Source: Prorocentrum cordatum
Taxonomy: Eukaryota
Direction: 5' to 3'
DNA: 64,000 bases
NCBI GenBank assembly: GCA_963575745.1
Contig: CAUYUJ010000004.1
Location: 372,001-436,000 of the forward strand
Below the pieces are notes generated by a model. The model worked only from the letters and a program-made list of their open reading frames with translations, ran no database searches and was not told where the DNA came from. The translations under genes were made by a program, and so were the position numbers. This document shows, piece by piece, positions 24,801 through 35,639 of this stretch; positions within the stretch are counted from its first letter, which is position 1; every line of letters starts with the position of its first letter.

Positions 24801-26968
24801 GGATCTTGCAATCCTACGACCACCGCATATACCGCTGGACGTCGGAGATGTTGGTGGACTCACCAATGATAAAGGTAAAGCAAATTATTGAAGTACACAC
24901 TGGCAGGACCAACATCGCGGTGGACAAGGTAGAGTCATACTTACGATTTGAGATACAATTTTGACCAAAAACTGACGTATACCAAATGGATTACAATCGT
25001 ACCCACAAATGGGCACGCGACAAACCGATTTGCAGTGCAAATTGTTTCTTTAAAAAGATGGTACACTACCTGGGTCCGGGAGTCATCGAGGAGTCGACCA
25101 CAGGCATCTTCCATTGGAATTCCAAAGTGTACCAAATCATATTGTTGGACAGCATCAAGGAGCTACGTGATTTCACAAATGGTGCTATCTATCAGAACCA
25201 GCCTGCCCTCAATACGTTGCGTGATCTCTTCGCAAATTGCATCCAGACACACGGCAACCCAGGCTTCCCCGCATGGAGGGAGCCGGTGGAGACACCTGCC
25301 GCGCCTGACCAGGACGACCCAGGCGCCGAGCAGGATATCCCCAGGGACCCAGGCAGCGTTGCTTCCGCAGCACCTGACCAAGAAACCATGGTACAGATCA
25401 TAGCCGATAAAAAGAAGATTGACCGCAAGGCGGGCGACAATGAGGCCATCTTGCAGGCAGAGGCTACCCGCATCCGTACGGACAACATACACCATGGTGC
25501 TACTGATATTGCGGACACAGACACCTCCGGGTACGCAGGACTACCGGGGGAAAGACTGTCTAGGATCGAGATCGAGGGGGCCGGCCGATCGATCGCCTCA
25601 CGCCCGACCGCTGAGATCAATCGTTATGCCATGGACCAAGTGGGCCGTGTTCTCGCCAGCGGCCTTGACACCCGCTGGGGATCTCGCGAGCACCTTGCGA
25701 TCTCTGGGGCCCCTGAAGAGATCCAGCATGATATAGCGCGATGTCGGACTTGCGATTGTCTTCTATCTCTCGGAATCGTCACAGGTGACGGTACAATTTG
25801 TGACATCTGCTGGCAGTACACTGTCGCTGTAGGTGCTACCGGCAAAGGTGGCGCCGCCGAGAGCGACCTTGCATACCTCCAGAAGTTGACCCACTGGATC
25901 AAGACGACCCTCTCCCGGGACGACATCACAAGGTATATGACAGATGGAGCGCATGTCCAGATGATGGGCAAGCGCTCCATAGCTGGTCAGGAAAAGGATA
26001 CCTTGAGGAGATTCGCGAAGAAAGCTGCGGAGAGGTATCAGAAGTGGGTCGACGCAGGCTCCCCTCCTGCACACATGTGCAGGCTGATGGGTGAGACTGA
26101 GGACGACAGACCTCTATGCCACCCCTTCGCCAATCTCGTTCAGCGTTTCCTGAGCGATGTGCGGTTCCACCGCCAAATGACAGCCGCTCGCGCTGAGACT
26201 GGCAAAAAGGCCTTCACCGTCGAAGACATGCGTGATGCTCGTGATATTCACGATCACAGCGTCAGGCAGGGCTTTGCTGGTCGGAGGAAGTGGTGGTTGA
26301 ACGCAGGTAGACTCGATAGAGGCACTAGGCAAGAGCGTGGACTTATCACAATTGCCCTTCCCCGCGGGGATGGCACTTGCGAGAAAGTCGCGCAGCGGAA
26401 GCTTGCCGCACTAGCCTCCATCGAACTTGCCGTGGGTTCTGCAAATCAAAGGGGGGTGCGTTCAGGGATTAGAGCCGATCCGATCGATCCTGATACACAC
26501 TCTTCACATTCACATGGCGCCATGGAGCCGCGGCAGCCGCGGCGCCCGCCGCCGCCGCGCCCTGCTCCTGGCGACGCTGCTGGATCCCGCGCCTCTGGCG
26601 CGCAGGATGACACGCCCGCTGGGCCGCGCGGTGCCGCCGCGCAGCGGCAGAGCAGCGATGCCAGCCGCAGACCAACAACGCCCCCTCGTGCCAAGAGGGC
26701 GCGCAGGACAGAGGACTACGCGACGCGGTGGCGCAAGAACCTAGAGGGGAGCCAGTGGGGCCCCAGATGCTGGGGCTACTATGCCAAATGCTGGATATAC
26801 ATCGCGGACAACAATGATGAGTTCGTGTACGTCCGCGACTTGCTGCACAACGATAGGTTTCGCCACTGGGCCCCCAGGGCGCCCTGGGAGACTTTCGCGA
26901 CGAGCTGCGTCGCGGAGGATGGCCGCAGGGCGTGGGGCCAGAGATTCTACGCGAGAGGCAACACGTAG
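18886..26968 (+). pseudogene. ~2,700-codon C-terminal extension of the copia pol ORF, decayed
   Basis: Seven abutting + ORFs (18991-21075, 21041-22075, 22018-22944, 22954-23592, 23531-23977, 23981-24964, 24986-26968). They are joined by three in-frame stops (22942, 23975, 24962) and three frameshifts. In frame with RNase H across the duplication. Confidence 0.75.
22846..23640 (+). pseudogene. Tpt1/KptA RNA 2'-phosphotransferase-like domain
   Basis: Motifs in Tpt1 order: SKDITTMLRH, PDGY, KNRLEI, IKCVGGLS (cf. IRAxQGHS), YLHHGTTLRAWRSILKSG, RAEAFFS, LVINMEIATKAGCRFW and GATMTEDVVPAAAV. Confidence 0.72.
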
Positions 26969-27727
26969 TCTAGTCGGCCGCAAGGCCCACCGCTCGATTG
27001 GCATGAACTTCATATTTATGCAAGTTCGCCTCGAGCGGTGAATAACAATATAATCTTAGGCCACTTCACTATTCAAGAAAAGTGGCCATACTTATACATG
27101 TGAAACCCAAGGCAGCCTCCTCAGGGACAACGCCGATGGGGAGTAACAAATTGCAGAATTTGTTTACGCAGCTTTTCGTGTTTGTCAACACGTCTTTACG
27201 CATGGCCATGCACTTTTTGCTGTGAGATTTAGACGTGCTTCTTAACGCGATCGTGTTCATCAACACGACTTCATAATGCGTTTTTTTTTGTTTTTGCATT
27301 ACATTGCGTTGAGAATGATATGATGCCCAGCTCTCGCTGGAGAGCCGGTGGCAACACCTGCCGCGCTCAGGCGCGGCAGCTTTTGATGTTGCTTTAATTT
27401 GATCCGATCCTCTTGCTCCGCCCACCCGTGTCTCATTCTTCTCCGCCCTCGAGTGCCGAAGCGTTTTTTTTGGGGGCGCGCCGAGGGGGCACCAAAGTAT
27501 GCTTGGCGAAGAAACAGGGGCCCTGGGTGTTCCTTCTTACCTTTTCTTGCCTATTCGTGACAGCCTTGTGCTGCGTTTGCTTTTGCACACCGCTGTCGCG
27601 ATTGGGGCGCAGCTTAAGCGATGCAGATTTCAAGCTCAGCTGCCCTGCAGACCCGAGGATTCGAGGAGTAAAAGGGTGACGGGTTCTTTTCTCCTGTTCC
27701 CGAGTCCTGCCCTCGCGGACGGGATTC

Positions 27728-27835
27728 GGGACGGGGGGCGTGAATAGAACCCGTATAATACCCTCATATATACTCCTTATCCTCACCTCTCCAGCGCCTG
27801 GCCGTTTGGGCTCAGCTATTGGACTAGATCGATCA
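27728..27835 (+). mobile_element. Polypurine-tract-like run plus candidate short 3' LTR (TG at 27741)
   Basis: GGGACGGGGGGCG is directly followed by TGAATAG. The end could be ..GATCA (27835) or ..ATCCA (27868). No 5' LTR in the window to confirm it. Confidence 0.45.
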
Positions 27836-27939
27836 GACCTTTGATCGTGCAGGAGGAAAAGATATCCATCTTGCCCTCCTTTCCTCTACCAGCGGATCAG
27901 GGGTTCTGTACCTTTGTGCTCTAACCCCATACACAACGT

Positions 27940-28140
27940 CCGCCCGCCAGCGGGGGAGGGGTCAAAGAGAAGGGGTGCCCCTTCGACTCGGTTGCGACAT
28001 TGCCAAATTTTGCTTTCGCTGACAAGCTTGCGGAGAAGGGCGCAAAGAAAGGGGGCGACGGAGGCGACGGCTGACGGAGACGACGAATCGAACATACAAT
28101 ACCCTCACGCACGCTGACAGAGTTGAACAGTTGGTGGATT
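27940..28140 (+). repeat. Dispersed ~200-bp repeat, homologous to 39570-39750
   Basis: Shared GGG.TCAAAG.GAAGGGG...CCCTTCGACTC and a ..CACGCYGACAG..GGYGGATT end. Confidence 0.6.
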
Positions 28141-29679
28141 CGATCTAATCCTCTTCTTCTACCTGGGAGGAGCGGGAAGCGACGAGGGAAAGGGCGGAGG
28201 AGCACTCTGGCGACATCGGCCATCTGTCCCGCGGGGGGCACCAGAAATGTTGTTTGAATTGAGGCGCGAACGGATGCCGCTGGTGGAACCTCCACACCGG
28301 AAGCCGTTGTTGTGTTTCCTTTTTGTGCTGTCGTCCCCTGCGGAAGCGAGGCTCCGACTTGACGTGTTTTTTATGGCACCTTTCATGTCCAACACACGGT
28401 TCGAAGACTTCATGCCCCCCATCAGCTCCGAAGCCGTTGTTCGAGATCCTTGCTTCTCAAAGTAACCACGGTTTAGCTTCAACTCGGCCGAAGCACTATG
28501 TTGATTCCTGCTTGGAAGTTCTAGTTTCTCACATTCCTTCACACGTCTCCCCGTCCATCCGAAACTTCCTCCTCTTCATCTTCATTTTCCTCCGCAGCCT
28601 CCCTACCGCAGGACCATGGCCAACATGGTCTCTTTCGTTTCCAAGAATTCGGATCAGCGCTGGGGCCAGAAGACCCCGGTGGCAGCCTGGGGGGTGGGTG
28701 TGCATGGACGTCAGGCAGGGAGGCCTGGGGGCGCTCTCTTTTCGGTCAAGGAGGGGGGGAAGGGAGGACGAGGATAGGTTTTCTGAGGTTCTTGCAATTT
28801 GGGGATTTCCCCATTCCCTCAGAGGCTAGTGGGCAGTGGGAATCTCTGGACAGCACGGCTGGCGCACTCGTGGCCGAAAGGTTTTCGAACGTCTTTTTTG
28901 GCACACTGGCGGCCTTGTCAGGCTGGCGCAGGCTGCCCACGCTCGGCCACCGCTCGGCCTGCAGCACCGAAGCTGCACCAACGAGGGTGGTTCTCGGACC
29001 CCCTCGTCGGGCGGGGCCAGGACCAGGATAAATCGATGCAGAGCGTTCTGGAACGCGCACGGCGCGTCCTGGAGCGCTCTGGAACGGCCGCGGCGCCCGA
29101 TGCACCCGAAGATCCCGGCGAACACCTTGCCTCGATCGCGCCTTCCGCGGTCAGGACGCCGTCCATGATGCCCGATGTAAGCGCGTCCTGGTGCGAAAAG
29201 CAACGCGTGCCCACCTGTGCGCACCAGCAATTGCGCGTGCTGCTGAGCCCGATCGCTTGGAGTTCCGCGCCCTGCACCTGCTCCCGCTGCGTGGCCGGCC
29301 GCTGCACACCTGCGCACAGTTCCTGACTTGGCGCCACGCGGCCTGCTGGGCTCCAACCGCATCTCGCGCCGCTCCCGCGGGGCCGCTGCACGCCACGTCG
29401 GCAAGCGCGCCTCAGCCAGAGATACCCGATGTATTCCAGTCTGATTCCGTCACGGTCCTGGCTTCGTCTTGCCTCTGCCTTGTCCGGCGGCCGCCTTCTT
29501 GGCTCCAGGGTGGGGCGCGGACAGCGGCTGAGCAGGGGGCGGTCAAGGGGAGGCCACAGCTGCGGCGCAGTGGGCGGCGCTGGCTGGGCACGGCGCGGCG
29601 GCGAGGGCTGTCGCCGCCCAGTCCCCGTAGGGGGCCGCTCACGCGCCTGCAACTCCTCCGTCCCATCCTCCGTCTTTTC

Positions 29680-29689
29680 CTGCTGCTGC

Positions 29690-29720
<31 letters not shown>

Positions 29721-30284
29721 CCTCCTCCTCCTCCTCATCGAAATGTCCTCTCCTCCTCTCCTCTCCTCCTCCTCCTCCTCCTCCTCCTCCTCCTCCTCTT
29801 CCTCCTCCTCCTCCTCCTCCTCTCCTCCTCCTCCTCCTGCTCCTCCTCTCTCTCCTGCTCTCTCCTGCTCTCTCCTCCTCTCCTCCTCCTCCTCCTCCTC
29901 CTCCTCCTCCTCCTCCTCCTCCTGCTTCTCCTCCTGCTCTTCCTCCTCCCTCCTCCTCCTCCTCCTCTTCCTCCTCCTCCTCCTTCTCTTCTCGTCTCCT
30001 CCTCCCCCTCCTCCTCTCCCCATTCCCCGAACCGTCCCCTCCTCCTCCTCATCCTCCTCCTCCTCCTGCTCCTCATCCTTCTCCTCCTGCTCGTCGTCCT
30101 CCTCCTCCTCCTCCTCCTCCTCCTCCTTGTCTTCCTCCTTCTTCTCCTCCTCGTTCTCCTTCCTCCTCATCATCATCATCAGTAGCAGCAACATCATCAT
30201 CAGCATCAGCAGCATCATCATCATCAGCATCAGCAGCATCATCATCATCATCACCATCATCAGCATCATCGTTATCACCATCAC

Positions 30285-30323
<39 letters not shown>

Positions 30324-30330
30324 GATCATG

Positions 30331-30373
<43 letters not shown>

Positions 30374-30455
30374 CCATCCTCATCCTCATCCTCATCCTCA
30401 TCCTCATCCTCATCCTCATCCTCATCCATTCCCTCCTCCTGCCCCTCCTCTTGCT
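29680..30455. repeat. (CTG)/(CTC)/(ATC) trinucleotide microsatellite block
   Basis: Direct observation. Confidence 0.95.
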
Positions 30456-30754
30456 CCAATAATTGCGGAGGGGCCCGTGTAGAGCTCCAGCCCGCGTTAG
30501 CGAGATGGCATGCTGCAGCCAGAAAGGCACGCTGCAGCCAGGTAATGGCTGGTCACTAAACCCGCCGCTTGCCGATTGACTTGCGTACCTACGTTGTGAC
30601 TGTTCTGTAAAGGCCCCCAGGGGTAGCACGTGTTGCCTTCCCAGACCCCCCTCCGTAACATTAACTTTTGGAAACCGGCCACAAGCGTGAGCCTTTGCAG
30701 CTTCCACAGGACAGTATAAGGAGTAAAGGCATCGACGTGCACGCAGGGCGAGTG

Positions 30755-31610
30755 CATTGTACACGGGCGCTGTGGTGCACGGATGCATTGTGGCGTACGC
30801 GTGCGTTGCGGTGCACATGACTGCTGTGGTGTCCACAGGCATTGCGGTGTTCACAGCAGGCGTTGTAATGCACGCAGGCGCTGTGGTGTACACAGGCGCT
30901 GTGGTGCACACGGCTGCTGTGGTGTACACAGGCATTGTGGTGTATGCAGGCGTTACGGTGCAGCAGAAGGATATCAGAGGCGCAGGGGCAGGACGATGAG
31001 GAGGTGGAGGAGGAGGAGGAGGAGGAGGAGGATGCGGAGGGGAAGTAGGAGGTGGGAAGGGGGAGGGAGCAAGATATCAGCATATTCACAGCCTCGTGGC
31101 CCCACAGGGGGCGGGCCTGCCATCCCGTGTCCAAAGAATATGCATGCCATGTTGTCCAGGTGGGCTAGCGGGTGCGTGGTGACGCGCGGCTTATTTGTCC
31201 CAGGGTTTTCGGCCAGCAGGGCATTCAAGTACGAGGCTTGCGCCATTCCGCCATGCGGTCGCCCCTGGCGCACTGGGGCTCACAAGCGCAACTTGGTGCT
31301 CGCAAGCTACTAATGTGCCCGCTGGCACGTTTGGCGTTGTGGTGTGCACGCAGACGTTCTGGTGCACGGAGGCACTGTGGTGTGCACAAGCATTTTGGTG
31401 CACGCAGGCACTGTGGTGTACACAGGCACTGTTGCGCACGCGGCTGCTGCAGTGTACACAGGCACTGTGGCGCGCACAGGCGACGTGGTGCTGTGGTGCA
31501 CGCGACTGCTGTGGTGTACGGCGACACTGTGTTGTACACAGGCGGCGCTGTGTTGCACGCAAGCACTGGGCAGTGTCGTGTACACAGGGGCTGGTGCACA
31601 CAGGCGATTG
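30755..31610 (+). repeat. 18-bp minisatellite (GCTGTGGTGTACACAGGC) in two blocks, 30755-30965 and 31340-31610
   Basis: Degenerate tandem units. Confidence 0.8.
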
Positions 31611-32279
31611 ATGTGCTGGTGGCGCGAACCCACCCTGGCGGGTGCACGCCGCGGCCTCCGTTGTCGTTATTTGTTTGACCGCGCCCCCCTCCCGCCCCCA
31701 GGGTAACACGCGCTACCCCCGACGGCAAAAACAGTCACGTTCTCTTTCTCTTGCTCCTCTTACTCCTCCTGCCTCTGCTGCTGCTGCTGCTCTTCATCGA
31801 TTTTTTCATGGCCCGGGGGCGTCCTTGAGTGATCCTAGGCGGAGTCCCAAAAACAGATTCGTCATCTTCTTCCTCATCATGCTCCTCATCCTCATTCTCG
31901 TCCTGATCCTTCTCTTACTTCTGCTGCTCATCACTCTTCTCATCTTCATGTGTCCCCCCCTCCTGCTCCCACTCGCCCCTTTCGCCTCATCAGGTGGTGA
32001 TCCTGCTTATGGGGCTCATCTCTGTTCTCCAGGCGCGCCCCTGGGCTCAGCCTCCGTCGACAGCGGCGGAGGGCGCCCGTCCCACGGTGGCAGAGAGGCT
32101 GACTCGTACCCCATACAGCGACCCCCTCCTCGTCGTCCTCGCCCTCTATTTGTGTTCCTGCTTCTCGTGCCCCTCCTTTCCCTTCTTCTAGTCCTTTGAT
32201 TCCTCGTCCCTCCTCCCTCCCCTGCAACCCCTTCTTCCTCCTCAGGGAGAGGGATTGGATGGATGAGAGCCCTGTGGAG

Positions 32280-32331
32280 GACGATGAGGCGGAGAAGGAG
32301 GAAACGGATGATCATGATGCTGATGATATTG

Positions 32332-32368
<37 letters not shown>

Positions 32369-32374
32369 CTATGG

Positions 32375-32457
<83 letters not shown>

Positions 32458-32660
32458 TTGTTGGTGGTGGTGGTGATGATGATGTTGATGTTGCTGAGTG
32501 TGTTGCTGTTGTTGGTGATGATGGTGGCGATGATGCTGATGATAATTTTGGTGATGCTGATGCTGATGCTGATGCTGATGCTGATGGTGATGGTGATGGT
32601 GATGGTGATGCTGATGGTGCGGCTGATGATGATGGCGATGATGCGGATGCGGGTGTGGAT
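32280..32660. repeat. (GAT)n microsatellite
   Basis: Direct observation. Confidence 0.95.
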
Positions 32661-33173
32661 GCTGGGAGACTTTCGCCTCGTGTCTTAGTGCACGCGCCCT
32701 GCCTCCTTCACGCATCCCTGCAGCCTTCTGGGGACAAGCAGATGCACCGGGGCCCCCGTGCGCGCGCTGCCGCACGCGTCGCGCGGGCCATCGAGGGCCC
32801 GCCCGCGGGCGGAGCGCCGAGGGCCTGCCCCGCGGGGTGAGGGCCGCGGCGGCCCCGCGCTCGAGGAGCGAACGCGGATGGCAGGATCCTCGGCGAGGAT
32901 GCCGGCCGCGGTGCGAGCGCGCCCTGCCGCCGCGCCGCGCCGCGGGCGCAGCCGTGGCCGTGGCGGCCGCGGGCGCGGGCGAGGTCGAGGGGCTGGCGCT
33001 GCCAGCCCGTCGCGGCAGCGCAGCCGCCGAGGCCGCTCGAGTGCTGGCCGCGGAGCGGGTGGCCGCAGGCTCGAGCCCACACCCAAGCGTACGCTTCAGC
33101 GTGATGCTGGCGCTGTCGGTGGCGGTCCCCGGGCGGAGCCAGCGCCCGTGCGCCCGCTCCAGGAGAGCGAGGC

Positions 33174-33367
33174 TTCAGTCGGGCCTGTCCCCTTACACGG
33201 GGATCTTCGACGAACAACAGAATAAATACCCCAAACATAATAGAAAAATAATCCAAACATAGTATGGGGACTATTTTTTGAGTATTGTCCGACCTTTTTG
33301 GGGCATTGTTTGGATATTTTCAATTTGTCGTCGAAAATCACCCTGTTGGGGGACGCGCCCGATTTAA
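33174..33367. mobile_element. MITE with ~40-bp imperfect TIRs and an 8-bp TSD (hAT/P-type)
   Basis: TTCAGTCGGGCCTGTCCCC..TTCGACGA pairs with TCGTCGAA..GGGGACGCGCCCGATTTAA. Flanks AGCGAGGC (33166-33173) and AACGAGGC (33368-33375). AT-rich core. Confidence 0.75.
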
Positions 33368-34983
33368 AACGAGGCCGAGAGTTCCAGGACCGCCCCAGGG
33401 CCCGCGCGAGGCTGCGCCGCGCGGCGCCAGGCTTCGGGCGCGCGCGGGGAGCTGCAGCCGAGGGCGCGGGCGCACGCTGCCCGCCAGGTACCTCTCTCAC
33501 TGTCCCTGCTGCCGCATCCATTCTTCACAATCACTTGAACGGACTCATCAAGGTCCGTCCGATCCCGCCTGAAAGGGTCGCCGAGGTGTTTCCCACGGCG
33601 CGGTGGGCAGTAGAGCGGCTCGGATCAGGAACGCGTCCGCCTGCGGCCGCGCGCGAGGAGGAGACTGACGAGGACAGCCTTTCACCGACTCCTCGGAAGA
33701 GCAAGGGAGGAGGAGGCGGCCGCCATCGCCGTTCGCCCTCGGGGGGCCCCCACTCGAAGCTGGCCGAGCGGATTCGGGGGCGCGAGGGCCGGCGGGCCGG
33801 CGAGAAGTCGTCGCGGCGACTCGCTCCGAGAAGTCAAGAAAGAAGGACAGAAGGGGGATCAGTAGCAGTGGTGCGAGCCCGTCTTACGGCAGTTCGCCAG
33901 GTGGCCGCCCGCGGTCGGGCCCCGCCCGCCCGACCCTCTCCGCGCGACCGTGCCGAGCGTCGGTTGGGGAAGAGGCCGGGCGACATCGCCGAGCGCGCTC
34001 TCCGCAAGATGGCTATGCGCATGGGGAAGCGCGGGATCGAGTCTGGAAACGACTCGCGGCCCATCGCGTGCACGTGCTTGACCAGCGCGTTTCCCCCGAG
34101 CACGAAGGGCGCCGTCTCGCCTCGGAGCGACCCAGAGATGAGGGGGGCGGCGTCTGCTGGCGACGCGGCTCGCGCGACCGACGCGCTGATCCGGCAGCGC
34201 GAAGCCATCGAGCAGGCCCGCGACGATGGTGGCTGGAAGGCGGCGCGCCATTTGAGCGCGGCCCTTGGTGGCCGAGCCTCGGTCATGGAGGACTGCGAGT
34301 GCGACGAACTGCGCCGGGGCGAGGAGTGCGAGGTGCGGGCAAGGGGGATCGCGCAGCAGGCGGCGAAGGGAGGAGCCAATCACCGCCAGGCGCACTCAGC
34401 GGCTGCTGGGCCCCCAGAGCGGCCGCCGAGGCCAGCGCCGATCGACGCTGCGGGGAAGGGCCGGGGCGACCGCGGCCGTGGATCGCGAGCCCGCAGCCCG
34501 GCCACCCTTCGCGGAGCGGGCGAAGTCGAAGCAGACAGTCTGGGGGGCACTGCGAGGCGCGGCCCATCGGCGAGGGTCCACTTCGCCGACGACGAGGACG
34601 CGCGGGCCCGCTTCAACCCTGGCTGCCCCGCGGAAGAGGGGCGCGAGGGCGCCGTCGCCTTCGACCGGGGGCGGCCGCGGACGCGCGCGGGGGCGCGAAC
34701 CCGCGGCCCGCTACTCCGACCGCCCTCGGGGCCCAGGCCACCCTCCGCCAGGGCCCAAGGAAGCCTCCGAAGACAAGAAGGTCAAGGGCAAGGGCAAGGG
34801 CGACGATCGCGGCACAAGCAAGGGCAACGACACGGACTCGAGAGGCAAGGGCGTCGCCCCAAGGAGCGACCCCAGGCGCTTCTGGGAGGCCCGCCGCGAC
34901 GAGCGGAAGGGCAAGGGCAAGGCCAGGAAGCGAGACCCCCGAGCTCAGGGGGGGTCCAGGCCAGGGAGGCGGAGACCGGCTGA
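33368..34983 (+). pseudogene. Decayed gag-like ORF, possibly from a tyrosine-recombinase (DIRS-like) retroelement
   Basis: GDAARATDALIRQREAIEQARDDGGWKAARHL segment and KGKGK-rich tail resemble dinoflagellate element ORF1s from memory. No RT or recombinase seen. Confidence 0.35.
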
Positions 34984-35639
34984 ACTGGAGGGCGCGCGGT
35001 GGTTCCGCTCTGGCTGGCTTGCCCACGACGTGCGCTGGCGCCGTGGGGACTTCCTCTTGGCCGCCGATGCTCGCAGGTGCTCGGGCCAAGGTCCGCCCAT
35101 TCCGGGATTGCGAATGCCGGATGCACTGGCTTGCGGCGTCGCCGGGCGCGGGCTCGGTCAAGCCCTTCGCTCTCCACGCCTGGGGCCCTCGCTCGCAGCG
35201 CCGCCGCGGGTGGGTCGGGGGGGGCGCGGCGCTAGACTCCCGCCTCGCGTCTTGGTGCGCTCCCCCCCCCCCCCCCCCTACTCGCGTTCCTGCAGCCTTC
35301 TGGGGCCGCTGCCCACCCCGCAACTGGCGGCGCTGCGGCCATCCGCGGGCAGGAGGAGCGCGACCACATCCGCCGAGGAGAGACCGTTCAGGCCGAGGAG
35401 TTGCGCCGCCGCGGCAAGGCTCGATGGCGCCCGCCCCACCTAAGGAGCTGCCCGCGGCTTCGGCTGCGAGGGGGGGCGGAGGCCCGCGGGCTGGCGCGCT
35501 GCCGTCGCTCGCCTTCCACTGCGGCGAGCCGAGGGCGAGGCGGGCGGCAGCGCCCTGCTGGGCCCCGCCCGCCAGCGCGCAGGCGCCCGCCGCGGCGACG
35601 CGAAAGAACGTGCGCGCACCGCGGCGAGGGGAGGTGGGC

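Noticed and set aside
28560..29640. Possible decayed gag-like coding remnant
   Set aside because: Fragmentary frames with no motif I can identify with confidence.
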